NCBI GenBank assembly: GCA_016699915.1 | Contig: CP064990.1 | Span: forward strand, 512,671-576,670 | From: Neisseriales bacterium | Lineage (GTDB): Bacteria > Pseudomonadota > Gammaproteobacteria > Burkholderiales > Q3-R57-64 | Direction of reading: 5' to 3' | DNA length: 64,000 bases | Part shown: positions 50,418 through 61,271 of the stretch, one piece after another | How the letters are laid out: every line of letters starts with the position of its first letter | Position numbering within the stretch: position 1 is the first letter of the stretch | Notes under the pieces: model-generated | Database searches by the model: none | What the model was told of the DNA's origin: nothing | What the model saw: only the letters and a program-made list of their open reading frames with translations | Made by a program: the position numbers and the translations under genes

Positions 50418-50644
50418 GCTAGACTTATATATCGCGTTATCCAAAAGACATCATGCCAAACAAATGACATATCAGCAAGATGGCTCATTATAAATAACTC
50501 AATTGTGCCTGACATACTATCTTTTTCTTTTGCTGTTAGTAGACAATCGTTCCATCTTATGCAAAAATCACGCTTCAACAACATTGTGCTGCAATCCTTT
50601 CTTTTGCAACTAATTCCCTTCTTTTATTAAAGAGTCTTTTTACG

Positions 50645-51115
50645 ATGGATCTACGAAAGCTAAAAACATTAATTGATTTGGTAGAAACTGCTAATATCTC
50701 AGAACTAGAGATAACTGAGGGAGAAGAAAAAGTCCGCATTACGCGCGGTGCCTTGGCGTTTCCTTTGCCACAAAAGGTGGTTGTTGCAGATCAACTTCGT
50801 TCTACTTCACAAGAAGCTGTATTGGAAAGCGTAAACATTGACCCTGTTGTTAACGGCCAACCCGAACAAACTGCTGCTAGTGGCAACACAATTAAATCTC
50901 CCATGGTTGGTGTCTTTTATCGATCCGCTTCTCCGAATGTTCCTGCGTTTGCTGAAATTGGTCAATCAGTCAAAGTGGGTGATACCCTGTGTATTATTGA
51001 GGCCATGAAATTGATGAATGAAATTAAATCGGACTATGCTGGTGTCATCAAAGCCATTCTTGTGGAAGATGGCGAGCCTGTCGAATACGGAGAGCTTTTA
51101 TTTGTCATTGAATAG
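50645..51115 (+). CDS. accB: Acetyl-CoA carboxylase biotin carboxyl carrier protein
   Basis: Biotinylation motif [12 protein letters not shown]. Confidence 0.95.
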   Translation: MDLRKLKTLIDLVETANISELEITEGEEKVRITRGALAFPLPQKVVVADQLRSTSQEAVLESVNIDPVVNGQPEQTAASGNTIKSPMVGVFYRSASPNVPAFAEIGQSVKVGDTLCIIEAMKLMNEIKSDYAGVIKAILVEDGEPVEYGELLFVIE

Positions 51116-51182
51116 TCATTTAAATAGCATTAACATCAAAGCATTGTGTTTACAGCGCAACTCAACCTTTTAGGTAATCGTT

Positions 51183-52553
51183 ATGTTTGAAAAAATACTC
51201 ATTGCTAATCGGGGAGAAATTGCCTTACGTATTCAGCGTGCCTGCAGAGAAATGGATATCAAAACTGTGGTTGTCTATTCCGAGGCAGACATTAACGCGA
51301 AATATGTCAAGCTTGCCGACGAAGCAGTCTGTATTGGTCCTGCATCGCCTGCGAAAAGTTATCTGAATATTCCCGCTATTATCGCTGCTGCTGAAGTCAC
51401 CCATGCACAAGCCATCCATCCTGGTTTTGGTTTTTTATCTGAGAATAGTTCTTTTGCGGAACGTGTAATTGAATCGGGATTTACTTTTATTGGACCTCGC
51501 CCTGAAACGATTCGCCAAATGGGCGATAAAATCACTGCTAAAAAAGCAATGAATGAGTCCAATGTACCCACTGTACCTGGTTCAGAAGGCGCTTTACCAG
51601 ATAATGAACAGATTATTCTTGATATAGCTAAAAAAATCGGCTATCCCGTCATGATTAAAGCAGCTGGTGGTGGTGGCGGTCGTGGCATGCGCATTGTAAA
51701 GCAGGAAGCAGATTTAACAGCTGCGATTAACTTAACACGTAGTGAAGCAGGTGCCGCTTTCGGTAATCCGACGCTTTATATAGAAAAATGCTTGGAACAC
51801 CCTCGACATATTGAAGTACAGGTATTGGCTGACCAATTTGGTAATGTTATATGTTTAGGAGATAGGGATTGCTCAATGCAACGCCGCCATCAAAAGATCA
51901 TTGAAGAGGCCCCTGCCCCTCAAGTCAGCGACAAACAGCGAGAAAAAATTTATAAAGCCTGTATCAAAGCCTGTAAACGTGTTAAGTATCTTGGCGCTGG
52001 TACTTTTGAATTTTTATATGAAGCTGGTCACTTTTATTTTATAGAAATGAATACTAGGTTACAGGTTGAGCACACCGTCACCGAAATGATTACGGGCATT
52101 GACATTGTGCAAGAGCAAATCCGCATCGCGGCAGGTGAAAAACTCCGATACAAAGCCAAAGACGTGCAATTAACTGGTCATGCTATCGAATGCCGTATTA
52201 ACGCAGAAGACCCTTTTACCTTCGCACCCAGCCCGGGTAAAATCAAAAGTTATCATCCTGCAGGTGGATTAGGTGTTCGGATTGATTCGCATATTTATCA
52301 CGGCTATTCAATTCCACCACACTATGATGCCATGATTGGTAAACTAATTACGCATGGCAGTAATCGAGAACAGGCCATTGCGCGTATGCGTATTGCCTTG
52401 TCTGAAATGGTTATCATTGGGATTAAAACGAATATCCCCCTACATCAGTTTTTGCTCAACGATCCAGCATTTATAGCGGGTGGCGTTGATAACCATTACC
52501 TAGAAAGTTGGCTTGCTGAATTTCAAATACCGCAAAATACCGTATCGTCGTAA
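51183..52553 (+). CDS. accC: Acetyl-CoA carboxylase biotin carboxylase
   Basis: [20 protein letters not shown]-grasp [22 protein letters not shown]. Confidence 0.97.
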   Translation: MFEKILIANRGEIALRIQRACREMDIKTVVVYSEADINAKYVKLADEAVCIGPASPAKSYLNIPAIIAAAEVTHAQAIHPGFGFLSENSSFAERVIESGFTFIGPRPETIRQMGDKITAKKAMNESNVPTVPGSEGALPDNEQIILDIAKKIGYPVMIKAAGGGGGRGMRIVKQEADLTAAINLTRSEAGAAFGNPTLYIEKCLEHPRHIEVQVLADQFGNVICLGDRDCSMQRRHQKIIEEAPAPQVSDKQREKIYKACIKACKRVKYLGAGTFEFLYEAGHFYFIEMNTRLQVEHTVTEMITGIDIVQEQIRIAAGEKLRYKAKDVQLTGHAIECRINAEDPFTFAPSPGKIKSYHPAGGLGVRIDSHIYHGYSIPPHYDAMIGKLITHGSNREQAIARMRIALSEMVIIGIKTNIPLHQFLLNDPAFIAGGVDNHYLESWLAEFQIPQNTVSS

Positions 52554-52585
52554 GCTACTTGTCAACAGAGTTACTTCAGACACAT

Positions 52586-52662
52586 TGGTCGGGATGAGAA
52601 GATTTGAACTTCCGACCCTCTGCACCCCATGCAGATGCGCTACCAGGCTGCGCTACATCCCG
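52586..52662 (-). tRNA. tRNA-Pro (anticodon GGG)
   Basis: Reverse strand CGGGATGTAGCGCAGCCTGGTAGCGCATCTGCATGGGGTGCAGAGGGTCGGAAGTTCAAATCTTCTCATCCCGACCA; loop ATGGGGT. Confidence 0.9.
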
Positions 52663-52681
52663 ACAACTTCATATTGCCCTG

Positions 52682-52993
52682 CTACTTACCCATTGTAGTT
52701 GGTTTACCAACGGTTTGTTCAAAAAATCGCTTGATATAGTCGCTTGCTTGAAAAGTGACGACACGTCTTGCGCACACGACATGGATCTGACCTGTTTTTG
52801 GATTACGACCAGGTCTTGCCATCTTGTCACGCAACTTAAAACTGCCAAATCCAGATAACCTGACTACTTCACCTGAAGCAAGCGCCAACTTCATTTCATC
52901 AAAAAATAGATCGACTATTGTTTTAGCCTCCAGTTTGGTTAATGCCATTTTATCCAATAGCAAACGCGTTAATGTCGCTTTTGTGACAGTCAT
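52682..52993 (-). CDS. ihfA: Integration host factor alpha subunit
   Basis: LSGFGSFKLRDKMARPGRNPKTGQ; downstream of pheST as in enterics. Confidence 0.93.
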   Translation of the reverse strand: MTVTKATLTRLLLDKMALTKLEAKTIVDLFFDEMKLALASGEVVRLSGFGSFKLRDKMARPGRNPKTGQIHVVCARRVVTFQASDYIKRFFEQTVGKPTTMGK

Positions 52994-53013
52994 CTATATA
53001 ATCTATCTGTAAT

Positions 53014-55035
53014 CTACGTTCGTAACGTTGCACCAATTGTACTGACCGCATCAAGTAACTGATCCATTGCGGCATTAATTTCGTCATCAACGAGCGTTTT
53101 ATCCATAGCTTGCAACAAGACATGGTAGGCCATACTTTTCTTGCCTAGCGGGATTCCAGAACCACTATAGACATCAAATAACTCAATGGATTTGACAATA
53201 TGTGGTGCATGGCAATACAAAGCATCATATAACTGCTTGGCCGAACAAGTTTTATCAACAATCAGCGCCAAATCACGCTTGACCATGGGAAACTTAGACG
53301 TGGTACGATAACTTGCTAAACATTGTTCGTATAATACTTCGATACTGAACTCACTTAAAATGGGTGCGCTAAGTAAATGATATTGCTGGGTAAGCTGGGG
53401 CGACAATTCTCCAATAACACCAATAACTTGCCGATCAAGTAAGATATTTGCAGCACGGCCTTGATGTAAGGCTAGATGTTCGATAGGCTCAAACTCGGCC
53501 TTACGCGGTGCAAACAAGGCTTCAATGTCAGCTTTAACATCATAAAAATCAACGCGTGATTCAGCATAACCCCATTGCTCAGGATAGCGCGCTCCCCAAG
53601 CTAATAAACCTATATAAGCCTTCTGCTCAGCTTGCTGATTGATCCCGCTAAAGATATTGGCTATCTCAAAACATCGCACACGCGTATGCTGGCGATCCAT
53701 ATAATAGATCAAACGCTCCACTAAAGTTCCTAACAGGGTGGAGCGCATCATGGTCGCTTGACTATCAATAGGGTTTAGAAGTCGCACTAAAGACGTTTGA
53801 AATGAAAAATTTTTCTCTAACGCCTCTGATACAAAAGGATAGTGAATGACTTCTTGATAGCCTCTTGCGACTAATACCTGGCGTAGGAAGCGAGATTGCA
53901 CTACAGCTTTAGGTTGCAAAACCACATGCAAGGGCGCAGATGGGCTAAGCGCTGGAATATTGTCGTAACCATACAGTCTTGCAATTTCCTCAACCAAATC
54001 TTCCTCAATCATTAAATCGTTGCGAAAGCTTGGCTTGCTAACTGTAAAATGACCCGTTTGCCGTGTAAAATTAAGCATTAAACGCGCTAATATCGTAGCG
54101 ATTTTCTCATCAGGAATATGGATACCAAGTAATTGCTCAACGCGTTTTGTGTGTAGATCAATAAACTGATCGCATAAACTATCGCCTTGTTTCTGAACAA
54201 TCGATCCGACTTGTCCACCAAAACTTTCTACAATCAACTGGGTTACCCGTTCAAGCGCTTCTTGTTGCGCTGTACTATCAATACCCCTTTCGAACCGATA
54301 GGCCGCTTCAGAAACAATGCCCAAGCTACGTGCTTTATTAGCCACCACATTAGGTTGAAAATAGGCCGACTCTAAAAATAGATCTTGTGTCGTAGATGTC
54401 AGAGCACTTTCCATACTACCCATTATGCCCGCAAGAGACAAAGGCTTTTTGTCATCCGCAATGACTAACATCGTCGCATCCAATGTGATGAGTTGATCAT
54501 TTAAGCAATGTAATACCTCGCCCATTTTTGCCATTCTAACTTGTATAGCCCCATCAATTTTTTTAGCATCAAAAATATGGAGAGGCTGTCCTAGTTCTAG
54601 CATCACATAGTTGGCTATATCAACAACTGTTGAAGTAGGTACCAATCCACTAGCTACGAGGCGATCAGTGATCAACTGTGGTACGCACCCATTGATTAAA
54701 TCAATGTGTCGAATTAACCGACCAGTATAGAAACAACAGGCGCTTGGCTCATGAATATGTACAGCGGGCGCTCGGTGATACGTAATAGTAGCTGGAATAA
54801 CACAGGATGGATGCCAAGGCGTGTTCGTTAAAGCGGATACTTCCCTTGCTAAACCCTTAATAGATAGGCAATCTCCACGATTAGGCGTAATTTTAAAGAG
54901 AAAAATATGATCTGTCTTACCACTTGGATATATAGCCTCAACCTCAATACCCGACACGGTTAATAATTCTGCAAGATCTTCAATTGATAGCGGAGGATCT
55001 ACCCAATGGCGTAACCAGCTTTCTAGAATTTGCAT
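53014..55035 (-). CDS. pheT: Phenylalanine--tRNA ligase beta subunit (673 aa, lacks the N-terminal OB-fold tRNA-binding insert)
   Basis: MQILESWLRHWVDPPLSIEDLAELLTVSGIEVEAIYPSGKTDHIFLFKITPNRGDCLSIKGLAREV aligns to E. coli PheT residues 1-40 and then directly to ~150 onward (TIEISVTPNRADCLG). Confidence 0.9.
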   Translation of the reverse strand: MQILESWLRHWVDPPLSIEDLAELLTVSGIEVEAIYPSGKTDHIFLFKITPNRGDCLSIKGLAREVSALTNTPWHPSCVIPATITYHRAPAVHIHEPSACCFYTGRLIRHIDLINGCVPQLITDRLVASGLVPTSTVVDIANYVMLELGQPLHIFDAKKIDGAIQVRMAKMGEVLHCLNDQLITLDATMLVIADDKKPLSLAGIMGSMESALTSTTQDLFLESAYFQPNVVANKARSLGIVSEAAYRFERGIDSTAQQEALERVTQLIVESFGGQVGSIVQKQGDSLCDQFIDLHTKRVEQLLGIHIPDEKIATILARLMLNFTRQTGHFTVSKPSFRNDLMIEEDLVEEIARLYGYDNIPALSPSAPLHVVLQPKAVVQSRFLRQVLVARGYQEVIHYPFVSEALEKNFSFQTSLVRLLNPIDSQATMMRSTLLGTLVERLIYYMDRQHTRVRCFEIANIFSGINQQAEQKAYIGLLAWGARYPEQWGYAESRVDFYDVKADIEALFAPRKAEFEPIEHLALHQGRAANILLDRQVIGVIGELSPQLTQQYHLLSAPILSEFSIEVLYEQCLASYRTTSKFPMVKRDLALIVDKTCSAKQLYDALYCHAPHIVKSIELFDVYSGSGIPLGKKSMAYHVLLQAMDKTLVDDEINAAMDQLLDAVSTIGATLRT

Positions 55036-55048
55036 CGCAGTTTATGGC

Positions 55049-56038
55049 TCAACAGAATTGTGCGAGAAAATCAAGATCATTTTCAAAAAACAAACGTAGA
55101 TCATTCACGCCATAGCGTAGCATAGCAAACCGGTCAAGACCTATACCAAAAGCCCAACCTTGATATTGAGTAGGATCAATCCCAACATTTTGTAATACGT
55201 TAGGATGCACCATACCACAGCCAGCAACCTCTAACCAACCCTTTTCGCCCCATACATCAATTTCAGCAGAGGGTTCTGTAAAAGCAAAAAAGGAAGCACG
55301 AAAACGCACCTTAAGGTCTTCACGATCAAAAAAGCGCCGCAAAAAATCAATCATGATCGCTTTGAGTTCCGCAAAGTTTGCGCATTGATCAATCCATAAT
55401 CCCTCTACTTGATGAAACATCGGGGAATGTGTTGCATCAGAATCCACGCGATAGACCCGTCCTGGTGCAATAATCTTAATCGGCGGTTGATGTGAGCGCA
55501 TGTAGCGCACTTGCACAGATGAGGTATGGGTACGCAACAATTTTTCATCGGTAATATAAAATGTGTCATGCATAGCACGTGCTGGATGATTAGGTGGGAT
55601 ATTTAATGCTTGAAAATTATGAAAATCATCTTCAATTTCAGGACCATCAGCCACTATAAATCCAACCGATGAAAATAAATCAATAATACGCTCCAAGGTA
55701 AGCGTAATGGGATGCAATCCTCCACTTGCTTGACCGCGACCCGGCAACGTCACATCCCATGGTTCTGTTAACGATTGAGATTGCACAAGTTGCATCGTCA
55801 ATTGATTTTTACAGGAGTGGTAACTTGCTAAGAACTGTTGTTTAGCAAGATTGACCGCAGTACCATAAGCTTGTCGATCTGAGATAGGCAACTGCCCAAT
55901 ACGTTTTAGCGCTGTGGTAAGCAGGCCGTTCTTGCCCAAATAATTGACTTTGACTTGTTCAAGTGCATACAAGTTACTCGCTTCCTGTAGCGCAGAAATA
56001 CCGGACAAAATAATCTCATCCATCTGCTGCATAGTCAC
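55049..56038 (-). CDS. pheS: Phenylalanine--tRNA ligase alpha subunit
   Basis: HPARAMHDTFY, class II motifs FRASFFAFTEPSAEIDV and GWAFGIGLDRFAMLRYG. GTG start 56038 (ATG 56032 is an alternative). Confidence 0.95.
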   Translation of the reverse strand: MTMQQMDEIILSGISALQEASNLYALEQVKVNYLGKNGLLTTALKRIGQLPISDRQAYGTAVNLAKQQFLASYHSCKNQLTMQLVQSQSLTEPWDVTLPGRGQASGGLHPITLTLERIIDLFSSVGFIVADGPEIEDDFHNFQALNIPPNHPARAMHDTFYITDEKLLRTHTSSVQVRYMRSHQPPIKIIAPGRVYRVDSDATHSPMFHQVEGLWIDQCANFAELKAIMIDFLRRFFDREDLKVRFRASFFAFTEPSAEIDVWGEKGWLEVAGCGMVHPNVLQNVGIDPTQYQGWAFGIGLDRFAMLRYGVNDLRLFFENDLDFLAQFC

Positions 56039-56137
56039 GTTAACCCAAAAAGATAATCATGATGACTTAACAACGTATAAACTTGCTGTCGTTTTGTATT
56101 GGCCGCTAGCACTGATCAATGCTTATTTTGCGCCATC

Positions 56138-56497
56138 TTACATAGCAAGACTTGCTTTGGCTTGTTCGGCAATTTTAGCAAAAGCTGGTTTGTCAAAGAC
56201 AGCCATATCCGCTAACATTTTGCGGTCAATACCGATTGCTGCTTTTTTAAGACCATCCATGAATTTGCTATAATTTAAACCACACTCATTAGCTGCTGCA
56301 TTAATACGCACAATCCAAAGTCGACGAAAAAGGCGTTTTTTTTGACGCCGATCGCGATAGGCGTATTGGCCCGCCTTCATGACTGCTTGTTTGGCAACAC
56401 GATATACATTTTTGCGGCGACCACGAAAGCCTTTAGCCAATGTAAGGACTTTTTTATGACGTGCATGAGCTACAACACCGCGTTTAACGCGTGGCAT
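56138..56497 (-). CDS. rplT: 50S ribosomal protein L20
   Basis: [39 protein letters not shown]. Confidence 0.97.
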   Translation of the reverse strand: MPRVKRGVVAHARHKKVLTLAKGFRGRRKNVYRVAKQAVMKAGQYAYRDRRQKKRLFRRLWIVRINAAANECGLNYSKFMDGLKKAAIGIDRKMLADMAVFDKPAFAKIAEQAKASLAM

Positions 56498-56510
56498 AAT
56501 CCCTCCTTAT

Positions 56511-56708
56511 TTAAGCGTATGGCAACATCTTGGCCACGGACATCGCATCGCTCTTATGTACCATTATCATGCCACGTAGCTGACGTTTTGCTTTAGTTGT
56601 TTTTTTAGTCAAAATATGGCGCTTGAAAGCAAAAGAACGTTTAACGGAACCATTTCCCAAGATTTTCAAGCGCTTTTTTGCGCTTGATTTTGTTTTCATT
56701 TTCGGCAT
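56511..56708 (-). CDS. rpmI: 50S ribosomal protein L35
   Basis: [33 protein letters not shown]. Confidence 0.95.
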   Translation of the reverse strand: MPKMKTKSSAKKRLKILGNGSVKRSFAFKRHILTKKTTKAKRQLRGMIMVHKSDAMSVAKMLPYA

Positions 56709-57038
56709 ACGAATTTCCTGTGTTGAACCCGCTTTTTTGCAACAGATAACCTATCGTCTATCTTAACAATTTTTTCAGAGGTTGATTATACCTGATTATT
56801 TTACCATTTGGATAGCTTAAGCCGAAATGATTAGCACTCTAAACAGCGTACAATTAATTAAACAATTACCTAACCAAAGCAGCAATCTATGTAACTTAGG
56901 CATAACGAAAAAGAATAACGGCAGAATTGATGGAGCAAATTCCATCACATTTACCTAACGAGTTAATTCAACCTTTCGCTGGTGTGCAAATAGTCAACAA
57001 CCACTAAACAGATTGAATCTGCCTCAACATAAGATTTT

Positions 57039-57557
57039 TTATTTTTTCTTTGGCACTACTACCATGATCATTTGGCGCCCTTCCATTTTGGGGAAATACT
57101 CAATCACCCCTTTTTCTAATAAGTCCTGCTCAATTTTTTTGAGTAGAGCCAATCCAAACTCTTGATGTGCCATTTCACGCCCTCGAAATCGTAAAGTAAT
57201 TTTTACTTTATTCCCTTCTTCCAAAAAACGCGCCAGATTACGTAATTTTATCTGGTAGTCGCCTTCATCAGTACTGGGGCGAAACTTCACTTCTTTAATT
57301 TGTATTTGCTTTTGTTGTAGTTTTGCTTTGTGCTTTTTTTTAGATTGCTGGTATTTATATTTACCATAATCCATAAGCCGACATACAGGTGGTATTGCAG
57401 TCGGAGAAATTTCCACCAAATCTATCTCACGCTCCGCTGCAATACGCAATGCCTCTTGTACAGCCACAACACCAAATTGTTCACCCGCATCCCCAACTAA
57501 TCGAATTTCCGGTACATTAATCTCGTGATTAATGCGTGCGTCACGTTCTTGAGCGAT
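57039..57557 (-). CDS. infC: Translation initiation factor IF-3, non-AUG (AUC) start
   Basis: The track ORF (from Met at 57467) lacks the IF3 N-domain start. The same frame stays open upstream: (ATC)[39 protein letters not shown], preceded by AAGGAG. Two in-frame ATC codons (57560, 57557) lie 3 and 6 nt after the SD. E. coli infC uses AUU. Confidence 0.8.
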   Translation of the reverse strand: MAQERDARINHEINVPEIRLVGDAGEQFGVVAVQEALRIAAEREIDLVEISPTAIPPVCRLMDYGKYKYQQSKKKHKAKLQQKQIQIKEVKFRPSTDEGDYQIKLRNLARFLEEGNKVKITLRFRGREMAHQEFGLALLKKIEQDLLEKGVIEYFPKMEGRQMIMVVVPKKK

Positions 57558-57576
57558 GATTAACTCCTTAATCTAT

Positions 57577-59493
57577 TTAGTTTGATGATAGTTTCACCCT
57601 CGTTTGTTTGCTAAGTAACTCCAATAAACTTTCCATGGTCATCTGCCCCAAATCCTCCCCACGCTGACGCACAGCTACTTGCTTACTTTGAACTTCCTTA
57701 TCCCCAACAATAATTTGAAAGGGTCGTTTTTGCAAGCTATGCTGGCGAAGTTTATAGCCAATTTTTTCATTTCTCACATCCAATTCACAACGAAAACCAG
57801 CTTGCTTGAGCTGCTCAAAAACACTTCCTGCGTAAGCAACTTGTTTATCTGTAATCGTTATCACTACTAATTGAATAGGAACCAACCAAAAAGGGAAATT
57901 TCCTGCATAGTGCTCAATTAGAATACCCAAAAAACGCTCTAAAGAACCTAAAAAAGCAGTGTGTAGCATCACTGGGCAACATTTAGTGTTATCTTCTGCA
58001 ATATAACTGATATTGAAGCGCTCCGGTAAATTCATATCCATTTGTAAAGTGCCGCATTGCCAATCTCGACCAATCGCATCGCGAATAACAAATTCGATCT
58101 TGGGTCCGTAAAAAGCTCCTTCCTTGGGGAAAATTTGATAAGGCAACTGCATCCTGTTTAAAGCGTTGGAAAGTGCTTGCTCCAGTTTATCCCATATCGC
58201 TTCAGAACCAATTCGGTTATCGGGTCTTGTGGATAATTTAATCAATACTTGGTCAAATCCAAAATCTTTATAGATGTCTAAAATCAGCCCGATCACACCG
58301 CAACATTCCTCAGTAACCTGTGCTTCTGTACAATAGATATGAGCATCATCTTGCGTGAAATGACGCACACGCAATAGGCCGTGTAATCCGCCGGAAGCTT
58401 CATAGCGATGGACTTTTCCAAATTCTGCCATGCGAATAGGTAAATCGCGATAACTCTTAATCCCCTGCGAAAACATAGATACGGAACCCGGACAGTTCAT
58501 TGGCTTGAGAGCAAAAATACGCCCATCTTCAGTTGATGTCACAAACATGTTTTCCCGGTAGTTAAACCAGTGGCCAGAAATCTCCCAAAGCGCTTTATCC
58601 ATTACATCTGGTGTATTAACTTCAACATAACCTGCCTTTTCTTGGCGATGACGCATATAGCGAATAATCGTTTGAAATAAACGCCACCCTTTAGGGTGCC
58701 AAAATACTGAACCGGGCGCTTCTTCCTGCAGGTGGAATAAATCAAGCGTTTGACCCAGCTTACGATGATCACGCTTTTCAGCTTCTGTTAACCGATTTAG
58801 GTAGGCAGCTAAATCGGCTTGATTAGCCCAAGCTGTGCCATAAATACGTTGCAACATCTCATTTTTGCTATCCCCTCGCCAATAAGCGCCTGCTAATTTG
58901 GTCAATTTAAAGGCAACCAGCTTACCCGTTGAAAGAACATGCGGACCGCGACAAAGATCTGTAAATTGCCCATCACTGTATAATGTGATGGCCTCATGTT
59001 GCGGAATCCCTGCTATCAACTCACACTTGTAGTGTTCGCCCTTATGCTTGAAGTAATCTATCGCTTCATTGTGCGCCATCGTTTGGCAGTCAATCGGTAG
59101 ATTTTGTTGAGCAAGCGCCCGCATTTTTTCTTCAATGATATCCAGATCTGCCGGTGTAAAGGCACGCGAAAAAGCAAAATCGTAATAAAATCCATTCTCA
59201 ATAACGGGTCCAATCGCTACTTGTGCTTCAGGAAATAAAGATTTAACCGCATGGGCTAGTAAATGCGCTGTGGAGTGACGAATAATTGCTAAACCCGCTT
59301 CATCTTGATCCGTTATAACAGAAAGCGTAGCGTTATGGTCAATCATAAAACGCAGATCAACTTGTTTATCATCAACCAATCCAGCAATAACCCGCTCAAA
59401 AATCACAGGATCAATTGATTGGATGGCAGATAACACGGTAATCGGATGGTCAAAGGTATGTCGTGTACCATCTGAATATTGAATATCAATCAT
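57577..59493 (-). CDS. thrS: Threonine--tRNA ligase
   Basis: 638 aa. TGS domain, editing-domain [10 protein letters not shown], class II motifs (FRHEASG-like [23 protein letters not shown]). Confidence 0.97.
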   Translation of the reverse strand: MIDIQYSDGTRHTFDHPITVLSAIQSIDPVIFERVIAGLVDDKQVDLRFMIDHNATLSVITDQDEAGLAIIRHSTAHLLAHAVKSLFPEAQVAIGPVIENGFYYDFAFSRAFTPADLDIIEEKMRALAQQNLPIDCQTMAHNEAIDYFKHKGEHYKCELIAGIPQHEAITLYSDGQFTDLCRGPHVLSTGKLVAFKLTKLAGAYWRGDSKNEMLQRIYGTAWANQADLAAYLNRLTEAEKRDHRKLGQTLDLFHLQEEAPGSVFWHPKGWRLFQTIIRYMRHRQEKAGYVEVNTPDVMDKALWEISGHWFNYRENMFVTSTEDGRIFALKPMNCPGSVSMFSQGIKSYRDLPIRMAEFGKVHRYEASGGLHGLLRVRHFTQDDAHIYCTEAQVTEECCGVIGLILDIYKDFGFDQVLIKLSTRPDNRIGSEAIWDKLEQALSNALNRMQLPYQIFPKEGAFYGPKIEFVIRDAIGRDWQCGTLQMDMNLPERFNISYIAEDNTKCCPVMLHTAFLGSLERFLGILIEHYAGNFPFWLVPIQLVVITITDKQVAYAGSVFEQLKQAGFRCELDVRNEKIGYKLRQHSLQKRPFQIIVGDKEVQSKQVAVRQRGEDLGQMTMESLLELLSKQTRVKLSSN

Positions 59494-59540
59494 AGTGAAA
59501 ACAAATTGGTTAACCTATCCTTAACTAAATAAACAACTCA

Positions 59541-59711
59541 ACAACCCATTTAGGTTATTTAGTCGTGACCAAACCAGCCATGAACCAATAAGTTGACCCA
59601 TGGATCAATTGGTAGGCGCGACTGGATTCGAACCAACGACCCCCACCATGTCAAGGTGGTGCTCTAGACCAACTGAGCTACGCGCCTAATAATCTACAAC
59701 CCATTTAGGTT
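59541..59711. repeat. Pair of 16 bp direct repeats (ACAACCCATTTAGGTT at 59541-59556 and 59696-59711) bracketing tRNA-Val
   Basis: Read directly on the + strand; spacing 155 bp. Confidence 0.9.
59610..59686 (-). tRNA. tRNA-Val (anticodon GAC)
   Basis: Reverse strand GGCGCGTAGCTCAGTTGGTCTAGAGCACCACCTTGACATGGTGGGGGTCGTTGGTTCGAATCCAGTCGCGCCTACCA; loop TTGACAT. Confidence 0.9.
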
Positions 59712-59774
59712 GGCTAGATTATACCCACCAAGTGGCTACTTTCACAAGAACGCCTAACCTCGGCATTTGAAGCT

Positions 59775-61136
59775 TTAATGCAAGGTATCTTTCGTCTTAC
59801 CTGATACCATCACATCCTCTTCAGCAACTGCTTGACTGCGCAAGCCATTAAATAAAATATTCAGCAGCACTGCAGACAACGTTGCTAACAAAATACCGCT
59901 TTTTAATAACGGCGCAAGTACTGGCGGAAGTTGTACAAAAAATTGTGGGGCAACCACCGGTATCATACCCACTCCAACGCTCACTGCGATGATATATTGA
60001 TTTGCCCGATTTGCAAATAAATCGGCACGCGATAAAATGCGAATACCTGTCGCTGTTACCATACCAAACATCACAATACCAGCTCCTCCTAGGACAAAAA
60101 CAGGCACAGAAGCAACAATATGAGCGATTTTGGGAAATAGACCTAGCAATAATAAAATAACGCCACCAACCGCACAAACCCACCTGCTACGAACACCTGT
60201 TACCGCAACCAACCCGACATTTTGCGAAAAAGAAGTGTAAGGAAAAGTATTAAATACGCCACCAATCAACGTTCCCAATCCATCCACTCTAAGCCCTCTT
60301 ATCAGAGCTTGCGTATTCACAGGTCTGCCTACAATATCACCAACCGCCAAGAACATACCGCTTGACTCAATGAAGGTAACGAGCGTCACCATAATCATGG
60401 TCACAATCGCCCAAAAATTAAAAGTTGGTAATCCAAAATGGAAAGGCAGAATGAGCCCTATGGACGCTACTTGTGTTAAATCTGGAAAGGTGATTTTTCC
60501 ACACAACCAAGTAACCACAAACCCGAAAATGATACCAAGAAGCACCGAAATATCAACCCAAAAGCCCTTACCAAATTTATTGAGCGCCAAAATGAACAAC
60601 AGAACAAGTGTTGATATCAATAAATAAAAAGGATGTCCATAATGCGGATTTCCAAGCCCACCAGCGGCCCAATGAATACCAACCCCCATTAACGAAATCC
60701 CAATAACCATAATAACGGTACCTGTTACCACAGGTGGAAAAAAACGAAAGAGTTTCCCGACTAAAGGCGCGATAAATATGCCGACAATACCCGCTATAAT
60801 CACAGCACCGTAAATACCCAATAAACCGAGATTGGGATCACTACCAATCGCAATCATGGGAGGCACCGATGCAAAAGTAACACCCATCATAATCGGGAGT
60901 CGAATGCCAAATGGACCCATACCGATCGTTTGTAGAAGTGTCGCAATGCCGCAAGCAAAAAGATCGGCATTGATCAAAAAAGTAATTTGATCCTTCGGTA
61001 AGTGCATGGCACTACCTACAATCAAAGGAACCACAACAGCGCCAGCGTACATCACTAAAACATGTTGCAAACCCAAAGCCATCAGACGAGAAGTTGGCAA
61101 TATCTCATCAACAGCATGCACTTGATTAGAGGTCAT
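59775..61136 (-). CDS. Nucleobase:cation symporter-2 (xanthine/uracil permease family)
   Basis: 453 aa polytopic protein. LGLQHVLVMYAGAVVVPLIVG and FSQNVGLVAVTGV NCS2 signature regions. Confidence 0.85.
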   Translation of the reverse strand: MTSNQVHAVDEILPTSRLMALGLQHVLVMYAGAVVVPLIVGSAMHLPKDQITFLINADLFACGIATLLQTIGMGPFGIRLPIMMGVTFASVPPMIAIGSDPNLGLLGIYGAVIIAGIVGIFIAPLVGKLFRFFPPVVTGTVIMVIGISLMGVGIHWAAGGLGNPHYGHPFYLLISTLVLLFILALNKFGKGFWVDISVLLGIIFGFVVTWLCGKITFPDLTQVASIGLILPFHFGLPTFNFWAIVTMIMVTLVTFIESSGMFLAVGDIVGRPVNTQALIRGLRVDGLGTLIGGVFNTFPYTSFSQNVGLVAVTGVRSRWVCAVGGVILLLLGLFPKIAHIVASVPVFVLGGAGIVMFGMVTATGIRILSRADLFANRANQYIIAVSVGVGMIPVVAPQFFVQLPPVLAPLLKSGILLATLSAVLLNILFNGLRSQAVAEEDVMVSGKTKDTLH

Positions 61137-61271
61137 CTTGATGTTTTTTTTCAGTAAAATTAATAACCTGACAAAGCCACTCTTTAAAGATAAAGACGGG
61201 CAACTTTACATCAAATATTGAGTGCTAAAGTTAACCATTCTAATATTCCTTGATAAAAAACCAATAAACGA

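Noticed and set aside
50312-50630. Mutually antisense 90 aa and 98 aa ORFs in the ubiE-accB divergent region
   Set aside because: They overlap each other and the ubiE 5' end. Their composition is low-complexity AT-rich, and the region is more simply the divergent promoter region.
52513-52858. 61 aa and 84 aa plus-strand ORFs
   Set aside because: They run across tRNA-Pro(GGG) and antisense to ihfA, so they are artefacts.
56039-56137. pheST attenuator leader peptide upstream of pheS
   Set aside because: The only mini-ORF (ATG ATT ATC TTT TTG GGT TAA = MIIFLG) has a single Phe codon and no obvious terminator/antiterminator pair. This is not enough to call a pheM-like leader.
61137-61271. Purine riboswitch upstream of the NCS2 xanthine/uracil permease
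   Set aside because: The reverse-strand leader lacks the conserved purine-riboswitch core (the UAUA...CUACC...three-way junction pattern).
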